From the NCBI GenBank assembly GCA_030770535.1, contig JASVEC010000023.1:248001-312000 (forward strand): 64,000 nucleotides of DNA, written 5' to 3'. Origin of the DNA: Batkoa obscura (Eukaryota). How positions within the stretch are numbered: the first letter of the stretch is position 1; each line of letters begins with the position of its first letter. Below are positions 25,876 to 39,449 of this stretch, one piece after another. Both the position numbers and the translations under genes were made by a program. The notes under the pieces were generated by a model. The model had not been told where the DNA came from. It saw only the letters and a program-made list of their open reading frames with translations, and ran no database searches.

Positions 25876-26451
25876 TTAAAAACTGGTAAGATACTGGACA
25901 TTAGGATGTGGTAAATAAGATAGTAAAGTGATAGCGATATTAACATAGTAAGCCATATTACCTTGTAGTTCATTAGAAGCAGAAGATAAATTGATATGGT
26001 AAAACAATAGGTTAACTTTGTGCAAATATTCATTAAATACATGCTCAAAGCCTAGTGTAGGGATATAATGTAAGCCAATTAAAGCCAGCGATAATAGCAC
26101 CAATTTATAACTTGGGATATTCGAATTTTGTTTTAAAAATATAATCTCACTATCACTAATTAAATCACGTATTCCTTGAACTGTAACTAGATAAAATCGA
26201 TTCACCAGCGATATATCCATTATGTTTAAAGGCTCAATCAACGTTTTATCTTGGTGGATGTATTCTATGTAGGCATTTGATTTAACTATATGAGTCGGAG
26301 GTTCGAGTTCACCTTCGCTGCTTTTATCAGACTCAATTATCGCTGTTTTTGTCTTTCGCGATGTTGTTTTATTATTAATACTCATCCTTTCAATATAGAT
26401 GAAATTTTTGTATTTTTGATTATTTTTGTTGGAAATTTTCCTATGACCCAT
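25876..26451 (-). CDS. Hypothetical protein, orphan family member A'
   Basis: 191-aa ORF; C-terminal ~110 aa clearly homologous to 20837-21400. Confidence 0.75.
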   Translation of the reverse strand: MGHRKISNKNNQKYKNFIYIERMSINNKTTSRKTKTAIIESDKSSEGELEPPTHIVKSNAYIEYIHQDKTLIEPLNIMDISLVNRFYLVTVQGIRDLISDSEIIFLKQNSNIPSYKLVLLSLALIGLHYIPTLGFEHVFNEYLHKVNLLFYHINLSSASNELQGNMAYYVNIAITLLSYLPHPNVQYLTSF

Positions 26452-28257
26452 AATGTATTATATTATTTATCTGTTTTTTTGTATTATTTTGAGGGCCCAT
26501 TAACTCTTTTTATACTATTCTCTTTTTCATGATAATTACTGCATTTGTAATTAATGCTTATGGTTGAAGAAATCTAGCATCACATTAAAATATAAAATCA
26601 TAGTAAAAGCAATGTTGAGATTAAATTAATACTAATTAATTAACTTTTATTAATGATCTAAACTCATTTTTAAGTATAAATTTAGTTTATTGATTCCAAC
26701 TATATCAAAATATACTTTTATAAAAATTTAATTAATTATTTAAACTTGTAAATAAAATCGTTTTTACATGAACAACTTCTAATTTAAGTTTAAATTCAGA
26801 ACGAAATCTCAAGGAAATAAAGGATAAGTATAATTTAATATAACGTAATCTTGCTATAAACAACAAGGAACTTACTATGTTGAAACACATTTCTAGTCTA
26901 TTGTTACTTGCTTATTAGTTATTATCTATCATTCTATCTATTGTCATATTATTGCTTATTATTTTTTGTTTATTATATTATTTTCGATTATTAATTCAAC
27001 TATGCTAAATTACATAACTTTATTTTGGATTCAGGTTTTCAAAGTCATAATCTTCGGGTCAATAAATTTCCGTTTTACCAATGTTTTAAATGTTTATATA
27101 AATGCTATTTTTAAAGCGGTATATTAAGCTGGTATGTTACTTTAAATGCTTGCGGTTTAAAGAGGGCTGTGCCGAGAGGGTCAGATCGGGATTTAGATAT
27201 TGATCTGTTTCTATCATTTTATACAACTCTTTCTTAAAAACAAGTTTTGGGTAAACATACCTCCTACAAATAAATTTCAATAAACGCTTAAAACGAAATA
27301 TTGATTTTTAAAATTATAAAATATTACCTTTTGGTTACTATTCATTTATATCACTCCTGATATGGTTCATTTGCAATGATAAGGTGCTACGCAATCTATA
27401 CAGATCACTAAGTTTTTTGAGGCGAATAATAATCTATTACTAACGAAACGTTTGTGTGGTAAGACTTTAAAGATTTTTAAAGATTTTTAAAGATATAGCT
27501 TATGCTTATGCAAACAACCTATTTTTATCATTTATAAGATAATGATACTATTTATAAATCAAAATAAAATTAATTAACAGTCACATTTGATATTAAAGCT
27601 TAAATATTGAATTTATGCATACATTAACCTAATTTATATATCGACTAATTTAATATATAAAAATATTACAACTTTCTAAAACATTCAAATAAGAATATAA
27701 ATACAGGTTAAATAATTTATCCCTTTTATGTATCACTATGAAAATCAAAACTTATAAGTAATAAATTGATATTCTATTTTCTACAGAATTAAAAATAGAC
27801 TAATTATGAATGATTGAAACAATAAGGAATAAATTTGTAAGTAAATTAAGTAAATTTAATAAAAAAAGTTATCATTTCAAATTAAAATAGTGTATATAGT
27901 ATTTATTCAGTTCAACATACCTCCCAGTCTGCCAAAAATTAATCCTTTATTATTATAAAAGTGTGTAAACCATATACAAATGAAAATACTGTAATAAAAA
28001 ACTCTTTTTGAATAGTCGGACTATCATTTTCATATTTTTCTTTTCCGATAAACATTTAATAAAACCCTTGGGTGAAAAAAAAAGAAATTATTCAAGACAA
28101 TATTTGATATATTTAGTTTAATGCTATAAGATTTTAGTTCCAACTATAATACATACAGACAAGGCTTTCAAAGCAATGTTCTTATTACAGAGAACTGGCA
28201 TTATGATAAGTAATTTTGAGGAATATATTATATAAAACTTATTAATTGCACACATAA

Positions 28258-28328
28258 GCAATGTTGGTTTAGTGGTAAAATTGCCGCCTGCCACGCGGCA
28301 GCCCCGGGTTCGATTCCCGGACATTGCA
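28258..28328 (+). tRNA. tRNA-Gly(GCC)
   Basis: Exact inverted copy of 19614-19684. Confidence 0.95.
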
Positions 28329-29168
28329 TTGAGTACTGAACCCCCATGATGGGAGTTTTTTAGTTTCGTATTCATTTTTTAAATACTCTCTGAGAAGAAA
28401 AAATTATTAAAAAAATAATCCCCATCCACTATAGAAAAGTATAATTATTTTTATTAAATAATAGTACAAAGTAGATGTTGGTTCTTAGCTGGACCATTTC
28501 GTAAATGAGTTAATTAGCTTGTATAAATTTATTGAAAAAGGTCAAGTTGTCTGCATGGAGCTACACGATTCTTGAAACTGATAAGAAATCTCTTAGTAGA
28601 GCGAAGTGTTTTTATCCAAAGTATAGATTGAGTGAACATGTGCGAACTTTTTGGTCTTCAGTAGTTAAATATACTGGGATCTTTAAATGTGATAAAGAAT
28701 AAAAAGTTTTATAAATGATTAAGTTGGTGGAAATAAGCAATTGATTTAATTGTACATCGGCATTGGAAAAAGATTATAGGTTTAAGAATATTTTCTAAGG
28801 ATTTTATGATAATTGATTGTTAATATCAAATATATATTATTGTTATATAATAGCACATGTTTGGTAATAAGCTAATAGTTTAAAATTTATCAATTTTTTT
28901 GTTTTATAGTATATTATTATAAATCAGTAATTTTTGAATAAACTTACTAAATTGGTATATCTTACGGTTAATTGATTAAGTAATTGTTTCTATAATTTAA
29001 GATATAGTAGACTTACAAACTAGATTCGATCCCTATTGTGCTTTCAATTCATTTATGTATTTGAGAAGACCATTGCTCCAATCTTAGAAAAATTGTTATA
29101 TTAATGAAATTTAAAAAAGCCAAATATAATGAATTTGGACACATAAGAGGAAATGTGAAATAGAAAAT

Positions 29169-29267
29169 GGTACTGTTTCTTTTGGTTTCGTCACTTTTTT
29201 TATCTTTTAAGTGCTATTTGGATGGAAAAGCTATTAGTAAACGTTTTAAACAAGAAAACACGTCCCC
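29169..29267 (-). mobile_element. MITE copy with AAAT TSD
   Basis: AAAT|GGTAC...CGTCCCC|AAAT. Confidence 0.8.
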
Positions 29268-30150
29268 AAATGAAGATTGGAGCTATTGTAGTGTAGTGAG
29301 CATATTGATGGAATTGGAAAGAGAATTAAGCGACTGGCTATATATTAATCTTCGAAATTAAAAAATGAAAGCATTAAAAGCTTGTTTAATAAGCACTTAT
29401 GTTAGAATGATATAGCTTTCACTTGGACTTCTTGTTGAAAATAGTAATAACTGATAATAAACATTAATTTAATATAATGTATGTTTTGAACTCGTTAGTC
29501 AGAATAAACAAGATCTCAATAACATAATATGTATATTTATAATGGAAACACTTATAACCTATGATTTGTTGCTTTGGAAGCTTACTAAAGAAAGGATTTG
29601 AAAACTTTCTACTTTTTCCTATTTTAAAAAAATTGTATTATGAGATAGCATGCTAGCTTTAAATTAGTATTCTATCAAAACCAGTTTATATATGAAAAGT
29701 GATAGAAGATTTCTCAATAAAGATGTTGCTCAAAAAATAGCTGATAACTTTAAGAAATTATTATTCATATAATTATTTTTGATCGTTTATTATGGATCAA
29801 ATGAATATTGTTGTTGCTGACACCAATTTCAAAGAAATTTCAACTATAAAATGGATTTTTGATTCATGCTTATTAATCTAAATTCCAACTTGTAATCAAA
29901 AATTTTCAGCCAATAAAAACCAAGTTTCAATCAATCTAAAAGAAGTCTTAATTCCAAAATCCATTAGATTTTTTGAAACACAAGTTAATTGGCTAAAACA
30001 AAATGAACAAAAAAAGGGGGGACAAAAAAATGCTCTAGAATCTTTAGCACAAAATTAAAAATTTTCTTTTTTTTATAAAATTTCAACTCATAAGTAAACA
30101 ATTTTGATTATTTTCTATTTTATCTCTAAGAAAGTGGGAACTTTTAGATT

Positions 30151-32424
30151 ATGATGCCAAATAAATCAACTCAAGAGCGTGATAGTGATGTTCAAAATTC
30201 AATTGAGAAGTGTAACAATAAAGACGCAAAGCCAATGGAACAAAAAAATGGTGAAACGGATGAATTGAGTAAACAAGTGGATAAAAAGGCAGATAAAGCA
30301 ATTGGTTCAACTAATGTTAAAACAAAAAAGATAATTGAAGCCGATGAAGGTATTGAAGAATCTGTTCTCAAGGGTAATAAAGAAGCAGAAGAAATTATTG
30401 AACAAAGTATTAAGCAAGCAAATAAAATTATTGAATTGGGTAATAAAGAAGCTGATAAAATTATTGAAGAAGGTATTAAAAAGGCGAAAGAAATCCTCAA
30501 CTTACGTAGAATAGAAATTGAGAAAACTAGTGATTTGAATATTCAACAAGATGAGAATAAAATTCAAAAAGATAGTGTTCAAAAGGGAGATACAACTTTA
30601 GAAATTAATACGGAAGTGAAAAACAAAATGGAATTAATTGACGATGTAGCTCAAAATTCACATGAATTCGATAATACTCAGATTGAAAAAGAGAACAATG
30701 AAATCAAAAATCATAAAGTTCCAAGACCCTACCTTAAAATAAGTGATGCTGATAAAAAAGCATTATTATCATTAGTGGATGGAGAAGGAAAAGCGATCAA
30801 AGATGCAGCCGAGCAGTTGTCCATTAACTATAGTACAGCACGTGGTGTAATATTTAAAGAAAGAAAAAAAATCAAAAAAGCAGAAGAAAATGAAATAAGT
30901 GAACAAGAAGATAATGAAACATTTCAACAAGAAGATTTGGAATCGGATATGAAACAAGGTGATAATTCAATTATGCAAGAAAATGAAGTATCCAAAATTA
31001 ATAATAGTCAAAGCTATATTATGATGAATGATGATATTACAAAAACATTAATGATATTAGTAGATGAACATAATACCCCTTTGAAAGAAGCAGCTAAACA
31101 GTTGTCTATGAGTTATGGTCGAGCTTGGCGATTAATTTCTAAAGAAAAAAAGAAAGTAAAAGAAACGATAGAAGATGAGAAAGAGAGTCAAGGAAAGGAT
31201 AAAGTATTAGATATTAAAGGTTCACAGTCGTATAATAAAATTAGTATTGAAGATAAAAGAAGGCTATTAACTTTAGTAATTAAAGAAGGCAAACTTATTA
31301 AAGAAGCGGCTGCTGAGTTAGGTATTAATTATGGGACTGCTAAAGGAATAATTTATCAAGAAAGAAAGAGGTTGAAGGAAGCTATGAATGTATCAGAAAC
31401 CAATGTCGAAGAAGATGTTAAAATTAAAAGTTTTTTAGCTAAAACACCGGATAAAATTGGTAGCGATATTAAAAAAGAATTATGGAAATTAGTGATCGAA
31501 GAAGGATTACCAATTAAAGAAGTAGCTGAAAAATTAGCTATACCATACAAAAGCGCGGTGAATATTATTGCTCAAGGTCCAGGTGGAATTCAAAAAAAGG
31601 CACATATGGATTTAGATAATTCTCAAGAATATAGTGAAATTAAGAATTTTCTATCTAAAACACCAGATAAGATAAGTTTAGAAACTAAAAAAAACTTATG
31701 GCATTTAGTAGTAGAACAAAAAAAATCGATGAAAGAAGCAGCTGCTGAATTAGCTATTAAATATAGTACTGCTGGAACTATTGTTTGTAATGAACGGAAA
31801 CGATTACGTTTAGAAGCGACTTTACAAGCTGGAAATTTGGAACTTGAAAATCAAATTACTCATTCTTATATTAAAAAAAGTGATGAAATACGTAAAGTGT
31901 TATCCAAATTAGTAGATATTGATGGCAAATCCATTAAGGAGGCTGCTAAAGAATTAAATATTAATTATTCAAGTGCAAGGAGAATTGTTGTACAAGAAAG
32001 AAAAATATTAGGTAGAGAAAAGTTTAAAAAAAATATATTCGATAAAAAAGTGAAGTTATCAAAAGAAGAAATGGATCAATTAGTCATGGAAGAGGTTAGT
32101 GATAATAGTGAGATAGAGGATGAGGAAGTTAATTTGAAACATGAAAAAAAAATAAAAGTGGATGAAGATATGAAGATAAGTATAAGTGATAATAATCAAG
32201 TCAATGTAGCTGATAATACTGAAGTTCATGTATTTGAGAACAAGGAATTGAACAAGTTAGAGAATGATCAAGTCAATATAGTTGAAAACAAAAAAGTAAT
32301 TAATTGTGATGAAAGTAAAAAGATAAATAAGTGTGAAAGTGGGCAAGAAATTAACCAAGAGATAGGAAATGTAGATGATATTGAAAATTCTTGTAAACAG
32401 AAGAATGTAAATGATGGGAATTAA
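30151..32424 (+). CDS. 757-aa intronless protein with six tandem helix-turn-helix units
   Basis: Six repeats of about KISxxxKxxLxxLVxxEGxxIKEAAxxLxINYSTAxxIxxxERK; no DDE domain visible. Confidence 0.8.
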   Translation: MMPNKSTQERDSDVQNSIEKCNNKDAKPMEQKNGETDELSKQVDKKADKAIGSTNVKTKKIIEADEGIEESVLKGNKEAEEIIEQSIKQANKIIELGNKEADKIIEEGIKKAKEILNLRRIEIEKTSDLNIQQDENKIQKDSVQKGDTTLEINTEVKNKMELIDDVAQNSHEFDNTQIEKENNEIKNHKVPRPYLKISDADKKALLSLVDGEGKAIKDAAEQLSINYSTARGVIFKERKKIKKAEENEISEQEDNETFQQEDLESDMKQGDNSIMQENEVSKINNSQSYIMMNDDITKTLMILVDEHNTPLKEAAKQLSMSYGRAWRLISKEKKKVKETIEDEKESQGKDKVLDIKGSQSYNKISIEDKRRLLTLVIKEGKLIKEAAAELGINYGTAKGIIYQERKRLKEAMNVSETNVEEDVKIKSFLAKTPDKIGSDIKKELWKLVIEEGLPIKEVAEKLAIPYKSAVNIIAQGPGGIQKKAHMDLDNSQEYSEIKNFLSKTPDKISLETKKNLWHLVVEQKKSMKEAAAELAIKYSTAGTIVCNERKRLRLEATLQAGNLELENQITHSYIKKSDEIRKVLSKLVDIDGKSIKEAAKELNINYSSARRIVVQERKILGREKFKKNIFDKKVKLSKEEMDQLVMEEVSDNSEIEDEEVNLKHEKKIKVDEDMKISISDNNQVNVADNTEVHVFENKELNKLENDQVNIVENKKVINCDESKKINKCESGQEINQEIGNVDDIENSCKQKNVNDGN

Positions 32425-32909
32425 AAGTGGATACTGGAATGATTTCTAAATTTTCAATGAAATCCCAAAAGCTCAAGTAGGATATTAGTTTTTTTAAATT
32501 GAAATATGATATGGTTGTTAGTTGATGTAAAGTTCATAGATTTAACGAAAAGTATGAAATGGGATTAAAGTTTTAAATTTTATTTTAATAAAGTAATGAA
32601 AAGTTGAAAAACAATTTTTTTGACTTAGAATTGAATTTTTAAATTTTTTAAAAATTAATGTTGGAATAAACGATTTATTATAAATAAAAAAGAATCTAAA
32701 TTAAGAAAGAATGTTATTTTGAAAATTCCAAATATAATTGAATTAGTGATTAATGAATAAAAGTAAAACATTCAAAGTAGATTGGGGTTTCTATTAAAAC
32801 ATTTAATAAAAATCCTTCCAAAAAACAATAGTAAAAAACTAAAATTAATAAAAAATATTCTCTTAATAATATAGCATAATCCGAATTTTTATTGATATAA
32901 ACCTTCTGT

Positions 32910-35900
32910 TTACTCAATATCATCATCCTCTTCTTCTTCACTACCATGAAAACTATCTTCCGCTGAATTTAATTCCTTTTTATCTTCTTCCTCTTCATCG
33001 TCACTCAACGTTACTACATATGATTTCTTAACTGCAGCAGCTCTTCTACTTGGTCTAGGTTGACTAACAATAGCTGCCGGTTTAATATCAATCGGACTTA
33101 AGTTAGCCTCATCATTATCATCGTCGTCACTTAACTCTATTTTCTTTGTTTTTTTAACATATTTTCTTTTGGGTTGAATTATTTCCTCCTCCTCCTCATC
33201 TTTTGTTGCTAATTTCTTAGTTTTTGTTGCTATTCTCTTACTCACTGGTGCTAGTGGACTTTCCTTAATTTCAGTTATTACTTCAACTGAATTAAATATT
33301 CTCTTTTCTTCATTTTTCTTTTTTCTTTCATTGGCTAACTTCATTCTTTCTCTTAATGGTAACATATAAAATTCAACATCCGAATTGGTATCCAAATCAG
33401 TCACTTGATTATCTTTCATCCTTTTATCTTCTTCATTACTTTCATCTTTTTTAGTAATAAAATTTAAAATAGAGGGGGAATCTTTATTACTTGGAGTGGT
33501 AGTGGTTGATTTTCTATTACTTATAGGGGTAGTGGGTATACCTTTTTTAATTGCAGTAGATATAATATTCTTATTGTCAACTTCTTTTTTAGTTAAAATT
33601 GAGTTATTTACTACTACTTTTTTGTCTTGAATTAAATTCTCTTGAATAATAATCTCTTTTTTGGCTAATTCTATATTCTTACTAGTGACTTCTTTCTTAA
33701 CTCTAGGACGAGTTATCTTTGTATTATTTTTTTTACCATTATTCTTGTTCCTATTATTCAATTCTAACAATTCATTTTCAATAGCTAATTCATCTTCTTT
33801 TAAAGCTTTATCCCATTCGATAATAAATTCTTCTAAATCTTCATTCCATAAATCTTTTTCGGATTTGTTACTTAATTCTTTTAATTGTTGTTCTAATTTA
33901 AGACGTTTGTTTTCCAAATTAGCAATTTCATCATAAGTTAATGTATCAATTGGTTTTTTTAATAAATAATTATATCCTGTTAAAATAGTATTATATTGAG
34001 TATCCATATCATTCACTGTTAAATATTCAATTTGATCCGATTCATTAATTATGGGATATTCTTTTTTTAATAATATAAAGACTAAATCCTTTCTTTTAAC
34101 ATTAAATACTTTAATCGAATTTGTATTAACTTCTTTAATAAATTTAATAATATAATCAAATTTATCATAATCTAAAGTATATTGTTTTAACAAATAAGCT
34201 TTTCTTTTTAAATAAAACTCAATACGTTTATGATAAAATTCGATTATAATTTCTTGACTTGAACTATATTGTTTAATTTGATTATTTCCATTAAAACAAG
34301 TCATATTACTAGTTGCAATAGTTTTACTTAATTTAAAGCTTTTTTCTAAACCTTCTAATTCCATTTTATCTAATTTTCCTTTTTCTAGTTCAACTTCAAA
34401 ATCAACTAAAGATTCTGCACTTTGAGTTTGATAATCAATTATTGTCTTATCAATTATCCATTCTTCTAATTGTAATTTATATTTATGAGTCCACAATGCT
34501 ATTGGTAATTCACTAATTTTAACTTTAGTTTCACTAATTCTTTTTATAATTCCATTACAAACATATTTTTTTACTTTTCTATTTCCTTCAATTAAATTAT
34601 TATTGTCATTATTAATTTCTTTAATTTCTCCATTAAATCCTCTATACCATGGTATCATTTCAATTAGTTGTTGATTATTCATTATTCTTCTTATATTAGT
34701 AATAATATCTTTTGGATTATACATTGGTATATTAGTTGACCAACCAGTGCCAATACCTTCAGCTCCATTAATTAATATTAACGGTAATATTGGCACATAG
34801 TATTCTGGCTCAACAATTGTGCCATCGTCATTTAAATAATTTAATAAATTCATGTCATCTTTATGAAATAACTTAAACACAATCGGATTTAAATGTGTAT
34901 TAATATATCTTGCTTGTCCTGCATCATTACCCCCCAAACTTCTTGATCCAAAGATTCCTATTGGTTCTAATAAATTTAAATTATTACTACCTACAAATTT
35001 TTGTGCCATATTAACAATTGCTAAATTTAAACTAGCTTCTCCATGATGATATCCTGTCTTTTCTGATATATAACCAGATAATTGTGCTACTCTTATTTCT
35101 TCTTTTAGATTTCTTTTTAAGCATCCATATAATATTTTTCTTTGTCCTGTTTTTAACCCATCCATAACTGAAGGTATTGATCTTATATTATCTGCAATTG
35201 AAAAATGAATTAGTTCTTTATTAATAAAATCCGAATAGCTAATGTATTTTTCTGTTTGATCTAAATATACCCCTGGTATATAATTTTCTAACCATCTTTT
35301 TCTTTCTTCTGCTTTCTTTCGATTAAATGCTAAATCAATAAATGCCCTATCTTCACTATTAATTACATTAAATAATTTTTTATGAGTTTCTAAATTATTA
35401 AAATATTCCTTAGCATCTTTAGAAGTAGATGTAGCTAATCCCTATTAATTAATTAATAAGTTATATTATAATATATTAATAAAATAAATAAATGATTTAA
35501 CTTACTTTGAAATATTTATATTTATGTTTTTTATTTTCTGGTTGGTCTTTCCATTCTTTATATTCAATTAATGTATAAAATGGATATATATTTTTTCCTT
35601 TATATGCTTTGACAATAGGTGTAATAAATTCTTGTAAAAAATTAGGTATTCCTAATAAACTAGGATAAAAATGATCTAAATAGTTAATTAATAACCCTTT
35701 AATATGAGAGCCATCATGATCCTAGATTAATAGATTAAATTATTAAATTATTATATTATTGTACATTACCTGATCTGTCATAATCATAATATGACCATAT
35801 CTTAATTCATTAGCATCCTCATATTTCTTTTTTGAATTCAATCCGAGAATTGTACAAATTTCCTTCAACTCTTTGTTTTTTGTTACCTGAGTACTTGATG

Positions 35901-37801
35901 CATCTCTAACATTTAAGATTTTACCTCTTAAAGGATAAACTCCAAAGTAATCTCTTCCAACTACAGTAAGTCCAGACATAGCTAAAGTTTTAGCTGAATC
36001 CCCTTCTGTTAATATTAAAGTACAATGTTTAGCATTTCTAGTACCAGCAAAATTAGCATCATCTAATTTATCAATTCCAGTGACTTTGACTCTTTTTTTA
36101 CTATCCATAGTATTCGCCAATTTTTTATGTGCTTTAACTTCCGCTTCGTCTTTCATTATATCCACAATACCCGAATCTTTAATTTTTTTTTCAAATTTTT
36201 CTGATAATTTATATTCACTACCAAAAAGGGAAGGTTTTAATTTTAATGTTTCTTTAGTTTGTGAATCAAACGCCGGATTTTCAATTAAACAATTAACAAA
36301 TACACATATATTATTTCGAATATGTGCTGCTTTTAACATTGACATGACATCCTTTTTCTTTTTTAATAATCCTTCTATTTTTTCTACTATTTTATCCGTG
36401 ACTACTTTAACATGTGTACCACCTTTGGATGTACAAATAGAATTAACAAATGAAATCTGTTGAAACGTACCTTTATCATGAGGAACAAATCCAACTTCCC
36501 AACGTGAAGTTTCATCATCAAATGCAAACTTTTTGAACGCTTTTGATAATTTATTATCTTTTTCATTTTCTTCTTCTTCTTTTGAACTATCATCTTCTTC
36601 TTTTACATCATTACCTTCTTCTTTTACATCATTATTATTTGAACTTCCTTTTATAAAGGATTTAATATACATCTTACAATAATCACTAAATCCCTTAGAT
36701 GCTATTTTTTTATTATTCAAATAAACGTTAACTCCTTTTAAAGTACCACTCATATCAATCACACGTTTTTTCAATAAAGCTACTGTATCCAAATCTAATT
36801 CATTCATATGAAATAATTTTAAATCTGGTTGAAATGTAATTTTAGTATAAGACTCCCCTTTTGGGTATTTAGTAATTTTTGGCTTTCCAATAACTGACAT
36901 ATTCTTTTTAAATGTTTGAACATATTTTTGATTAGATATTGAATCCCCGGTTTCTATAGTGAATTCTGTACTAAATATGTTACATAATTTAGCTCCATAA
37001 CCGTTTCTACCACCAACCACTTTCTTTTCTTTATCATCATAATTGGATGAGGTTAATAAATGTCCAAAGATAAGTTCGGGTATATATACTTTTTCTTCTT
37101 TATGCATTTCAACTGGGATACCTTTACCATTATTAAATATAGAAATAATATTTGCTTCCGGTTCAATAGCAACTTTAAGTTTATTCATATCAGGACTTCT
37201 AATCTATAAAAATCAAAATCATTATCCATGATAATCTCTTAAAAAACAAATTACTTTATTATCCGCTGCATTGACCAATATTTCATCAAAAATTTTATAA
37301 AGACCAGGTACATATTTAATTTCTTTTTCAACTAATTCCCCTTTTTCTTCATTATAAATCCATAGTTCTTCTACTTGATGTTCAACTGAACCAATATAAG
37401 TATCTGGTCTTAATAAAATATGCTCTAATTGTGTCTTTTTTTGATAAATTTGTTCAAGTGTTTTAGGTTGATTGTTACTGCTCAAAGTAGGCTTCGATTC
37501 ATTTGAATCTTCATCCTCTTTGTTGAAACTTGATTTGTCATTTATTGCATCTAAAAAAGATTTGGTATTTTTCTATCATAATTAAAAATCAATTTTTTGG
37601 ATTTAATACCAATTTGAAATCCGAGTATCTTACCTTCAATTTAATTTTTTTAACTACTTTTTCCTAAGTAATAAGTTAGTTTTAAACTTTAATAGGAGTT
37701 GATTAAATACAATTTCAACTTACTTTTTGAGCTGGCTTCTTGACCACAATGTCTTGATCTGAACCACTTTCCACTGCTTGAAATGATTGATCGGAATCCA
37801 T
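32910..37801 (-). CDS. TOP2: DNA topoisomerase II, multi-exon
   Basis: QLEHILLRPDTYIGS, FDEILVNAADNK, GGRNGYGAKLCNIFS, TEGDSA, PLRGK, IMTDQD, YHHGE, catalytic ARYI. Confidence 0.97.
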
Positions 37802-38260
37802 TGTATATAGAAATATTAGTTTAAAAAACTTATCTTTTTGAAATTGGAGCTTGAGGTTAACTTGCTTTAATTCGTTAAATAATTTTTTTTCATTGTGATT
37901 GGTAGGTTTATTTCAATACTAAATTGATTGTACTGATGTTTTTATCAGTCATTATATTAATTGTCATTGTTAAATAATATTGATGTTGTTGTATGAATAT
38001 TGATATCGCTAAAGGTTTCTGTAATAAAATCAAATCAAATTAAAAGCTAAAAAATTCATTATCAATTCAGTTATATTTAATATTAGTTTTCTTATTTTAA
38101 TAAAATTTTAGAAGTCTAATTTTAACAAAAACGTAATAATTTGAATATCTATATGTTAAGGTCCAAACTTTTATAGTTTATTTTTATTATTGGAATTCTT
38201 GATATGACGTATTGAGGTTGTTATAAAACAAAGGTGATAGAATTAAGAGCTATCGTGTCA

Positions 38261-38683
38261 TCAAACGAGGATCTTATCATTAATCTTTTCCGCTTTTTTA
38301 GTAATACTATCATAAATATCCTTTGTCATAGTGGTATTGTGACTAGCTAGACCGCTTTCTGTATATTTTATTTCATCATTATTAGGCAAAAAGGCATAAA
38401 TAAATACTGAAGTCATAGCATCATTGCCTTCATTTACTATGTTCCCTCTTTTTACCTTTAGCATCCAACCATTTCCATTGCAATTTGCATCAACAGATAT
38501 AGCAACACTATCATTAGACCCTTTCAAATCCTAAGAAGTCATTTTGTCATTAAATCAATCAGGTATGTTGGTACATCCTGCTGGATAAGCACACTATTCT
38601 GCCCCTCTTTGATCCGCATGGTCATAAAAGCAAATAGATTGTACAGTAACAATAAGAATAACTAAAAAATAAAAATTAAACAT
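38261..38683 (-). pseudogene. Secreted beta/gamma-crystallin-like protein copy 1; three in-frame stops at Trp30/43/51
   Basis: 423 nt, colinear with 40609-41031; MFNFYFLVILIVTVQSICFYDHADQRGAE*CAYPAGCTNIPD*FNDKMTS*DLKG...GNDAMTSV. Confidence 0.85.
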
Positions 38684-39350
38684 TATATTTTTTTATTTTT
38701 ATGTCCACGGAAAAGCGGTGTATGTACTTTTTTATTGAATAAAGTTTTTAAAGAATAATGACAAGTCAACAAAAAGAAGTAAATATACAATGAAAGCTGG
38801 GAGGTTTGACTAAATAGTATTGAACCATAATATCTAATCTCGTGGACTTTAAATACATCATTCATACTTGTTATTATGATTTGGAATTTTCTAGTTACTT
38901 TAAAGATAATGGAATGGTGCTTTTAATCTATCTAATAATTGATTTTACTAATTCTTTTTTGTTTGACATTAATACTAATGTAAAGGTCTTCGTATCTAGA
39001 TAGTGAAGTTCTAGGTTTTATATGATACAATATTAGTTGGGCTAATGACCAGAAAATTTATAAGAATATCATCGCATATAACATATTTGGAAAAGTATTA
39101 CAGGTTTTATAAAAATTCTAAGCATTGCTTTTTTTAGAATCTAAGTATACTTTACTAAAAGGAGCGCGTTCTTCGAAAATTATCAGTGTTAAAAAATGGC
39201 TTTTGATTTATCAATCTTATTTAAAATATTTTATGTAGTGTTATAAAGTTTTATAGCTAAGCTAAAAATTTGTATAGCTTAGTTTGATTCATGTTCAAGT
39301 TATTATTTACTAATCATCTTTTACATTTTATTTTACAATTTAAGATATAT

Positions 39351-39449
39351 GGGGATGTATTTTTATGTTTAAGAATTTTGCCAACAATTTTTCCACTCAA
39401 ATAGTGCTTAAAAGATGGAAAAAGTAATGAAGCCAAAAAAAATATCACC
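39351..39449 (+). mobile_element. MITE copy
   Basis: GGGGATGT...ATATCACC, ATAT TSD. Confidence 0.85.

Noticed and set aside
29167..29361. Short ORFs at 29167, 39408, 41879 and 44303
   Set aside because: They read through MITE copies
38683..38865. Similar 60-aa and 64-aa ORFs at 38683 and 43832
   Set aside because: Non-ATG starts; the similarity is explained by the duplicated promoter tract of the crystallin-like copies
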